Shown in pieces: positions 54,067 to 64,000 of a stretch of 64,000 nucleotides of DNA (position 1 is its first letter; every line of letters begins with the position of its first letter). Location of the stretch: positions 168,826,001 to 168,890,000 of the forward strand of contig OZ024743.1 in NCBI GenBank assembly GCA_964016885.1, read 5' to 3'. The translations under genes were made by a program, and so were the position numbers. The notes under the pieces were generated by a model. That model was given only the letters and a program-made list of their open reading frames with translations. It did no database searches and was not told where the DNA came from. The stretch is from Eledone cirrhosa. Taxonomy: Eukaryota.

Positions 54067-57000
54067 GATTTCTTTATTGGCCACAAGGGCTGACATCAAG
54101 AAAAACATTACAGACGCACAGGACGATACGACGGGGGTTTTGTTCATGTAAAGATTTGTATTATTTATACAAGAAAAGAAAAGGAAATAGACATAGAAAC
54201 ATATATATATATATATAAACAATAAAAATGAAAATTGAAACAATGAAAAATTCCCCAATAGGGGGGAAACCTCCTAGGGTTACTCGTGGCGAAAACCACA
54301 CAAAAGACCACGGCCACCCTTACCACCAGGGCAAGTTCCCTCTTCACATTTTTCCATTTCTCCAACTACAAGTGTATATTAGGCGAGGTCCCGTTCACTC
54401 GGACCATTCTCGCTACATTCAGGGACCTTTCAACAAACTTGCTAGAAGGAAGCACTTGCCTCTCGACCCTGATGTTCCTCTTCAAATGAAACTTGAATAT
54501 GTTAATTAGGGATTCGCCGAAGAGGAAAGTATCAGTTTTTAACCCTTTCAACCTTGTCCACCACACAATCTCTGTCGCCATGGCCACCAGGCAGATGAAA
54601 ACTGCCTGCCCTTCCTCCTCGAAAAAGACGGCGAGACCCTCTGCACAATGGACTCAGTCGATAACCGGATCAGTGCTACACGCGACAGAACATGTTCGAC
54701 ATAGCTCCACAAGTCAGCAATGCTCGGGTACTGAACGAGTGCGTGCACGACGGTTTCATGGCTCTGCGCCCATCTCGGACAAGCTCGGCTGACGGCACTT
54801 CCGTGCCTGTAGAGCTTATCTCGAACCGGTAACGCTCCCCGGTAGCACTGCCAATCCATGGATTTTTGGAAGTTATCCATAGGCCCTGGGCTGAAAGTTC
54901 TCCGGAAGAGAGCAAACAGCTGATCTTCTTCGACGCCCGGGATCTCTCTGAGAACGTCGTTGCTCTTCCCCTCCACTAGTCCTCTATAGAACGCCGAGGT
55001 AGATGTTCGAACGATACTGGTACCCAGCTGCAGAGGGCAGTGAGCGCCTGGAGATATTCCAGTTTCCAAGTGCTATCCCTCGGTCTTATCCTGACCCAGG
55101 ACTGCAGCTCCGTCAAAAAGACGAGCTGTGGGAAAACGTGCCTGGCGAACGGCGACCACACCTGTTCACCGTCAAGGAAGCACCAGAGATGTCGCAGCCT
55201 CAGCGCATGTTTGCGCATCACGCATCATCAGCAATGGCATGCCCAGTCCTCCACGCAACGGGTGTTGACAGCAGATGGATCGTCTGACCATGGGAGCGCG
55301 TCTCTTCAACAAAAAACGGAAGAGGAGGCGCTCCATTTAGGTGAGAGTTAGGCCGGTGCAAGAGACGTCGGTGAGGCGGTAGCAGATGACGGATGCGATG
55401 TACACATTTGCCACCTCCGGGACAGCTTCCTCTCGGCTCATTTCTGGGTGAGGGAGGCGATCTTGCTCGTCACCTCGCTCCAGTTTTTCTCCACCTGGAG
55501 GTCCGGTCCGAACCAGATGCCGAGCAATTTAACCGGCCCGTACGACCAACGCCCCACGACGCTGTGGACGGAATGGACTTGCCTCTCCAGGTGCCGAGCT
55601 GCAAGCACACTGACATTTCCTGGTTTATCTTTGCTCATGTCGCCGCTTCGTATTCCTTGAGAGCGGTGCAGAGCATCTGGACGTGTCTTGTTCTCGACAC
55701 CACCACAGTGACGTCGTCGACGTAAGCCGATTCGGATTTCCCGCATCCCAATTGGCGTGGGACGCCTCTCATCGCCCCAGTTTGTGCAGTAACGGCTCAA
55801 GAGCCAATACGTACAAGAGGGGCGAGAGGGGACAACAATGGCAGACCGAGCACATGATGCTGAACGGCTGCAAAAGGTGGCCTTTCCCCCTCACAACTGA
55901 GCTGATGTCGCTGTACATCGCTGCGATCCAACCCCTGAAAACGGGCCCGAAACCGGCTGCCTCGAAGACCGCCGCCAGATACCGATGGTCGACCCTATCG
56001 AATACTTTAGATTGATCCAAGTTTATCAAGTCCCCACCTGTGCCAGGTTCCTTAACCACCCTCTCTATGATGTATCGCATGAGGTGTAGGTTGTTGTGTA
56101 GGGATCTGTCCGGAATGGCGCATATCTCCGCCTCTCCCACCAGACCCTTGACGACAAGCCCCAACCTCGTTCTAACACCTTGGCCAAAATCTTGAATTCT
56201 GCGTTTAGCAGGGTTATGGGCCTGAAGTTATCGATAACATCCCCCTTGTTCGGGTCTTTTCTCAGCAGCGCCACCGCTCCCCGGCTCACAAAACTGGGAA
56301 TGCTCCCGTTCTGCTGCCAGTTGCAGTAGACGTCTGCCAAGAGGTCACCGAACAAGTCTGGCATAAAGGCATAAAGCTCGTAGGGCAGACCATCCAAACC
56401 TGGCGATTTACCCCTCGTGCAGTTAGACATCGCTTCCCGTATTTCACCGACTGTTATTGGCTTTTCGCAACACTGTACTGCGGTCGTTGAGAGCCGAGGC
56501 AGTCCATCGAGGTGTGCACTGAAGTCCATACCTCGATCCGGCCCGCCGCTGCTCCCGAACAGTTCAGCAAAGTGCTGCTGAAAAGCTTCACAAATCTGCT
56601 CGGGTTCGAGCAACACCCGCTCGTTTTGGTCAGATAAAGACCGAATTGATCCAGTCGATACCTGTCAGACAAAACGTCTGAGCAGGTTGGTGAGGCTCTT
56701 GCACCCTCCTCCCCTATCCACTAGCCGCACACAATCCCAGCGTGCATCCAAGATACCGTTCAAGTCGCCCACTAACACTAAAGAGCGGGACGTTCCAAGA
56801 AAGGTCTCTAGACGTCTAAAGAAATCTGGCCGTCCTGTCCCTGTCGGGGCATAGACGGCTACTAGCCTGAAAGCGTTGCTTTCGGTGCCGCTTACGTACA
56901 GCACCACCGACTTACCTTCTGAGTCCTGGAAGATAGTCCGTTTGGCGAGACCCAAGCCTTTCCGAAACAACACAACCATTTCTAACCCCCCCCCCTCCAC

Positions 57001-59369
57001 ACACACACATACTCCCGGACGGCTCGGAGATGCGTACACCTCGTAACCTTCGAAGATCGGTGCGCAAGCTTGCGTTTCGAAGATTCTCGTCTCGCTGATA
57101 GCCACCACATCTATGTTTAGTGACCTGAGGTCTTAAGCAAGTGACCCTGCTTCCAAACCGAGCTCAAGCCACGCATGTTTACACTTCCGATCCTGAATAC
57201 GGCCATGTTGGGTGAGGAGCGGGGCAAGTGAGAAAGGATCACTTACTTTCATCGTCTGGTGAAGGGACCGTTGAATCTTCACTTCGGCTGGTCGTCGGCT
57301 CTCCTGTGAGTATATCCGAGTATACTCTCCAGTTGAGTGTCCCTCCTAGGTCTCTGAAATCACCAACTGCGTTGGGGAATTTCATTTTAATGTTTGCGTA
57401 TTGTTTCTGTGATATTCTTACCAGTCTTATGTTCGTTGGTGTTTTGATTGGTGCTGGTATTATGTAGTTGTGCTGTGAACTGTCTGTGTGTTCAATTATG
57501 TAAGTCATTAGTTTCTTGTTGTGTGTATTTATTGCTGTGCATTTCTTTTTCTGGCGGTGGGGTTGGTGCTTGTATTGGTGTTGTTGAAGGTGTTGTTGTT
57601 GTTGGCGGTGGGGTTGCCACCCGTGATGATGGTAGTGCTAGTGTGGTGATGGTGTTGGTGGTGTTGCTGCTGTAAGTCTCTTTGCAGTAGCCTTTACTCT
57701 TTTTTCATTTCTTCCCTCCCTTTTCGAAGGCGACGATGCGCTGCTTCTGCGTTTGTGCCTTCTTGCGACCTTTTGCCATCCCTCTCCCACCTGACACTCC
57801 ATGTCCGATTCTAAGAGGTCGAGGAGGGGTACCAGCTCCACTCTTTCACTTATTCTTGTTGGTGATGGTTGCAGTGGAGTCTCTGTTGCAGCTGCAGTTG
57901 GTATCACTGCTGCTGCTGTTCTTGATTTCCGTGGCGTGGGTATGGGTGCCATGGACCTATCATTCCTGCATGCCGCCTGTCCTGTTGCTGGTAGCAGTGG
58001 AGCCGGTTTCGGAAGGAGGGAGGTTTTCTCCTTTCTCAGAAGCCCCTGAGGCGAGTCTTCGACCCACAGCGAAAGCATTTCGGGTGTTTGCCCTCAACAC
58101 TTATGGGAAGTTGAATGCCATTATCGAAGTCTATCACATCCGAGATAGCTTCGATGCACTCCTGGTTGGTTTGAATTAACATCTCAATGGAGGCGGCGAC
58201 CCAATCTTCTCGTACTTTTTTCTGTACTTGCAGTACGGTTGTTTTGTCCTAGATTCCGACGAGGACAGTCGCGGCCAACCAACAAGGGGCCATCCCGGGG
58301 GGCACTAGGGTCGGTTTGACCCTCATAATTTTTTGTCCGCAGTAGGAGGGCACCAACACCATTTCCTCGCTCTTTAGGGTCACTAAGGATTGAGCCTTTG
58401 TCTCCTGGGGTGTGGCAAAAAGCACGTTCACGGTGGTATATTTCTTGCCTCGGGTGATATGCGTTTTCCGCTGCCACACAGACCCTAAGGCTTTTTGTAT
58501 TTGAGCCTCTGTGACTCTTTCAATCCTACGTGATTGTGTGCTTACTGTACGGTACGTGACCATACAGTGCTGTTGGGTTTAGACAAATTCTTCGGCTGCT
58601 TTGCAGATTGCTCGGTGTCCGGTTTTCGTCACCATCTTCTTTGCTTCCTGTAATTCCTGATTTGTTCTCAGGATGGTTTCCAGATTCTTTGCGATACCTG
58701 CAAACGAGATTGGTTTTTCTTTCTTGTTGTTATTGTCGTCAGAGCTGCTGTTACTTTTGTTGTTGTTGCTGGTACTACGACCGCCGCCGCCGCTGTTGTT
58801 GTTGTTGTTGCGTCTGCTACTAGTATTTTCCTCGCCACTGTTGCTGCTGCTGCTATTCTTCATGACGTCAGACGAATGAAATGGCTTTCCGTATTTACCG
58901 CACACATCTTTCGTTGTTGTCGTGGTCGTGGAGAAATGTTCCACGGTACGCGCGTTCTCTTGATGAAGAACGCTACGTGAAACTACATTTTTCTTTTTCT
59001 TTAATGGTGTCGCTTGCGAAAGAGGCGACAGAGGCGACACCACATTTAGAAAAGGGAAGAAGAGAGACAATCTTTTCTCTGACGTAATGACGATTGGGGA
59101 AGAAGAAGACGGAAGGAGTGGGAGTGACTTGTGAAAATTATTTTTTGTAGCCATGTTTGTTTACGGTTTAAAATGAATATTGGGCACAAAACCCCCATAA
59201 CTGGTTATTTAACTCCGAAGGGCCAAATAACGGACAGAAAGACCCCTCTCACGAGGAGGGGGGTGTATTTATCTACAATTTGGTTCAAGTTTTAAACAAT
59301 TTACAATTGTTATGACGTTTAAAAATTACTATACCTTACAGAGCCGAGCCTCCGTCAACCATGGCATTC

Positions 59370-59370
<1 letters not shown>
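54067..59370 (-). mobile_element. Near full-length degenerate Tx1-clade LINE (ORF1 + APE/RT ORF2) in (TAA)n
   Basis: ORF1 59154-57638 with degenerate zinc knuckle VEGKHPKCFRCGS; ORF2 ATG 57206 MAVFRIGSVNMRGL, AISET, VYAP, VGDLN, KSPGLDGLPYELY, NFRPITLLN, C-terminal CP..HETVVHAL; internal deletion near 56660. Confidence 0.9.
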
Positions 59371-59406
<36 letters not shown>

Positions 59407-59407
59407 T

Positions 59408-60665
59408 AGAACAAAAAAATGAAGGAATTGATAAGATCTGAATACATAAGGAGAGTAAGGAACATACTAAAATCACATCTAAAGAGTAGGAATGTCATAA
59501 GTGCAGTAAATTCACGAGCTATGTCTATTATTAGGTACATTGCGGGAATTCTGAAATGGAACGTTACCGAACAAAAAAAAATGGATAGGAAGACTAGGAA
59601 GCTATTGACTATCTACAATATGTTCCACAAGAGGAGTGATGTCGATAAACTCTACTTAAGGAGATCTGAAGGTGGAAGAGGTCTTATTAGCATAGAGGAA
59701 TGTGTTCAGATGGAGAAAAACAACCTGCACCAATACGTGACTGCTCAAAATTGTACTGAAGGAGAGGACAATAGATCATGGGGTGTCCAAGGAGGAAATA
59801 ACAACAAGGAAGAAGAGAAACCTTCATGAAAAATCCCTTCATAGTACCTTCTTTGAGAAAACGGAATTCAGAGATGCACAGACATTGAACTGGTTAAAAA
59901 GAGGAGACCTTAAAAAGGCTACAGAAGAAATGGTAATGGTTGCGCAAGTGCAAGCCCTTAGAACGAAGTGAGTGAAACACCATATTAATAAGGAGGAGTA
60001 GCCTCCTCCTTGTTAATATGGAGTTTCACCCACTGTGTAGGAACTGTGGAGAGAGAGAAGAGACTGTGGCTCATATGGTATCCGAGTGTAAACACCTAGC
60101 CCAGACTTACTATAGAGGCTGGAGACATGATGGCATCTATGCAAAGTAAACAATTTACCATATTCTGAGAAGTGGTATGAGCATAAGCCAGAGTCGGTGA
60201 TAGAAAACGACCAGGTGAAGGTTCTATGGGAATTTAGGATACAGACGGACAAGAAATCAGAACACAATAGGCCCTACCTGGAGGTTTTGGACAAGGAAAA
60301 AAGATCGTGCCTGATTGTAGATGTAGCCTGCCCATGTGACACTAGAGTGCAAGAAAAGGAGAGGGAGAAAATTAACAGGATTTAAATTGGGAGTTAAAAA
60401 GGATTTGGAACTGCCATGAGGTCAAGGTCGTCCAAATTGTCATAGGCGCGCAAGGTACTATCTCAAAGAGGTTCCAAGGATGGTTAAAGAAGATTAGTCC
60501 GGCCCCGATTTTTGGAACATTTCAAAAGGCATGCTTGCTGGGAACAGCAAGGACCCTCCGCTACGCCCTGAATGTCTGGGGCTGCAGGTAGCGGCTTGAT
60601 ATTCATTTCAACAAACTTTCCAGTTAAATAACATCAAAGACTGAGTCTCAGAGAACAATATCAAT
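59408..60665 (+). mobile_element. Second, shorter copy of the Dong-like family at 51645-54050
   Basis: Collinear with about 52752-54050 including the 3'UTR. Confidence 0.9.
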
Positions 60666-60722
60666 AATAATAATAAATGTTTCTACTTTTGACCTAAGGC
60701 CAGCAATTATCCCAGTGCATTA

Positions 60723-63612
60723 GGTGAGGGTTGAAATTAACGAAAACATGACAGGTGAACAGAAGACAATGTACCCAAGGAGAACAATAGGAATCTTATT
60801 TGCAACCTAAAGGTGGTTGACCAATGCATGCTGAACCAAGAAACATATGAGGTGAATGAAGTTCTGAAATACATCAAAACAAATAACGTCACAGAAACAT
60901 TTACTTGATAAAGTCAGCAAGGAAATATGGGTGTAGATGTCAAGGCAAAGAAAAAAAATAAGGGAGACCAAAAAAAGAGCCACAGTGGAAAAGGAGAATT
61001 CAAGTAAGTATGGATACCCTCTTGAATGATATTACGGTCATACTCTGAAGCATGAAGGGAGAGCTTAGAAATGAAAAAGAAATGACAGAGTCCTGGAAAG
61101 AAAGTACGGCGTTGAAAGAAAAGGCCTAAACGGAGGAACTCGAACAACATAGTATAGCAAAAAAAATAAAAAGCAAAGATAGCTGAATACGAACAAAGAA
61201 TAAAACAATATCAGCAGACAAGATTATCCAGAGTGGACCAAAAGAGATTTTACCGAGAAATAAATGGAGAATGTACAGATGAAGTGATTATACCGGATAA
61301 CATTGGAAGTAAAAGGTTTTAGAGCAACATTTGGAGTAAAGAAAAGGAGCACATTGTTAGAAGAACTTAAACAAACAACAGTTTGCTCACAACTGGCAGA
61401 GGGACATGAAGGAAGACAGCAACAAGATGAGCAACCGGAAGTCTCCAGGAGTAGATGGAGTTCAAGGCTACTGGATCAAATGATTTAGTCAATGGCATGA
61501 ATGAATGACTGAACAACTCAACATATTAAAATGCTGGTCAAGTGATACCAGAATGGCTTACAAAGTGAAGGGAAGTATTGTGCTTAACAGATATCACTAA
61601 AGGGAATGCGGTAGACAACTACAGATCGATAACATGCTTAACACCTATGTGGAAATTATTGACTGGAATAATCGGACAATCAATGTACGGGCATCTTGAA
61701 GAAATGAAGTTCTACCAGATGAGTAGAAAGGGTGAAAGCGTAAGTGCAGAGGTACCAAGGACCAGATTTTGATAGATAAAACAATACTTAAGGATAGTAA
61801 GAGGCAGAAAACCAACTTGACCATGGTGTGGATCGATTACTGTAAAGCCTATATGATTCCGCACTCTTGGATTATGGAACGTGTTAACTTATTTGGTATT
61901 GCATCAAATGTTGAGCGATACTTAAGCAAAAGTATGAAAGAGTGAAAGACTGAACTGATAGCATATGGGAGAAATTTAGGAACAATAGAAATCAGGAGAG
62001 GTATATTCCAAAGGGACAGCCTGTCACCACTGATGTTTGTACTGTCCATGATACCACTGACAATGATTTTAAGAAAAACTAAGGATGAGTATGAATTCAA
62101 ATGTCGCCAACAAACAATCAACCACTTATTGTACATTGACGACCACAAGCTTTATGTTAAGAATGAATCCCAGTTTGGTCCCCTCGTTAATGGAGTTCGA
62201 ATAAAAAAGTGTGGGCTCTTAATATTAAACAAAGCCAAAATTAAAAGCATTGAAGGGTTGGTCCTGCCATCATGGAAGATTATGAAGCAAACAGAAAAGG
62301 AAGGTTATAAGTATGTAGGGATATTGGAATTTGATAAGAGAATGCACGAGGGACTGAAAGAAAAATTTAAGGTAGAATACATGCGCAGACGGAGACTTCT
62401 TTTCAAACTGAAACTGAATGGACTGAATAAGATGGAAGCTATCAATACATGGGTGGTATCACTCCTTAGATATGGGATGAGGGTAATTATGTAAACAGTA
62501 GAAGAGTAAATAGTTTAGACCGAAAGACAAGAAAGATATCTACTAAATATTGGGTATTTCACCAAAAGAGTGACACAGACAGATGTACGAAGAAAAAGAG
62601 GAGGAAGAGGACTGATGGGGTGCGAAGACAACATCAGAAGAGAAGAAAATAACATAAAACTTCCACAGAATTGCTGTTGCTGAAAGCAAGAAGGCCAGGG
62701 TTGTGTATAATATAAGACTACAAAGATAAAATACAGTACAAGTATTTGAAGATGGATGAAACTGAGATTAGATGGACAGAAAAAAGGATGTATAGTCAAT
62801 TCTATAGAAACGCTGAAGGTAGGACTGAAAAAGAAAAACGTTAGTTATGGATGGCTAAAAGTGATCTAAAATCAGAAACAGAAGCCTTAATCTATGCTGC
62901 TCAAGAACAAGCACTAAGAACTAACTACATCAAGCATAAAGTAGACCACACAGCAGAAAGAGATGAGTGTAGGATTTGTGGCATGAATGGAGAAACTATA
63001 TGACATATTACCAGTCAAAGTACACCATTAGCACTGAAAGAATATAAGAGACCTCACGCCAACATAGGAAGGATAGACCATTAGGCATGTTCTCACAAAT
63101 ATGTACTTGACAGAGCAGAAGTGTGGTATGAACATAAGCCTGAGGGCGTTAACGAAAATGATGATGCAAAGATCCTGTGGGATTTCGTGATACAGTGTGA
63201 CCATGAGATTGAACATAGGAGACCAGATATTATATTAATTGAGAAAGGAAGCAAACAGTGTTGGATAATATGTGTCCATCTGACAATACGGTATTCGATA
63301 AAGAAGGAAAAACAATTCATAGATATGACAGGTTAGCTTGAAAGGTTAAGCAGTTATGGTCACTGAAAAAGGTGGTGGTAATACCGATAATAGTTTGAGT
63401 TTTAGGAACAGTGAGTAAAGATCTTGAGGTGTACATTAAGCAAATTGGGGTTACAATACGGATGGAAAACTTATAAGAAACAACATTGCTTGGATCAGCT
63501 CGAATAATCCGCAGGGTGCTCGAAAAATAAGGGGTGTTACTTCAGTTCACAGGTAGTTAACATCTAACACTATAATACATCTCTAGCATTAGAAGCTGAG
63601 TGAAGAAACAAT
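60723..63612 (+). mobile_element. Older, distinct Dong-like (R4 clade) element
   Basis: [56 protein letters not shown]; (AAT)n tail. Confidence 0.85.
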
Positions 63613-63636
63613 AATCATAATAATAATAATAATAAT

Positions 63637-64000
63637 GATTTTTTTTATTCGCCACAAGGAATAACACGAAGAAAAACATTAGAGACGGCACAGAACAGTA
63701 CAAGACGATACAAAGTGGGTTTTGGGCGTGTAAACAAGTTATAAAAAAATTAGGCTAGAAATCAAAACAATTTAAACAACAACAATTCCCCCCAAAAGGG
63801 GAAACCTCCGAGGGTCACTCGTGGCGAAAACCACACAAAAAGGCCACAGCCACCCTGACCACCAGAGCAAGCACCCTCTCTCAGTTTTCCCACTCCTCAG
63901 TCTAAAGGCGCATACTCAGACCGGGCCCGTTCACTCGATCCAGACTCGCCACATTCACCCACCTTTCAACAAACTTACTAGAAGATAGCACTTGCCTCTC
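63637..64000 (-). mobile_element. 3' end of another Tx1-clade LINE, continuing beyond the window
   Basis: Homologous to 54067-54465 (GGGGAAACCTCC..ACTCGTGGCGAAAACCACAC..CCTTTCAACAAACTT). Confidence 0.85.

Overview
Eukaryotic, AT-rich, microsatellite-dense DNA made almost entirely of retroelement debris. The SINE families and repeat landscape suggest a cephalopod, probably an octopod (inference). Contents: several Penelope-like elements (PLEs, mostly Naiad-type), often with inverted terminal duplications, all in (AT)n; R4/Dong-type non-LTR elements in (CATA)n or (TAA)n; Tx1-type LINEs; RTE fragments and short bipartite non-autonomous RTE derivatives; a CRE-like RT relic; an internally deleted Helitron; fold-back/MITE-like elements; many tRNA-derived SINEs. 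No intact autonomous ORF or complete host gene was found, only one candidate terminal coding exon (15897-16017, minus). The main unannotated signal is a set of about ten type I hammerhead ribozyme motifs from several unrelated families. Two families carry the compensatory U3:A8 core (UUGANAA instead of CUGANGA). One of these lies in a non-coding 591-bp unit repeated 2.1 times inside an (AT)n tract, consistent with a retrozyme-like element copied by rolling-circle reverse transcription of a circular RNA. All alignments and folds were made by eye, and element boundaries are approximate.
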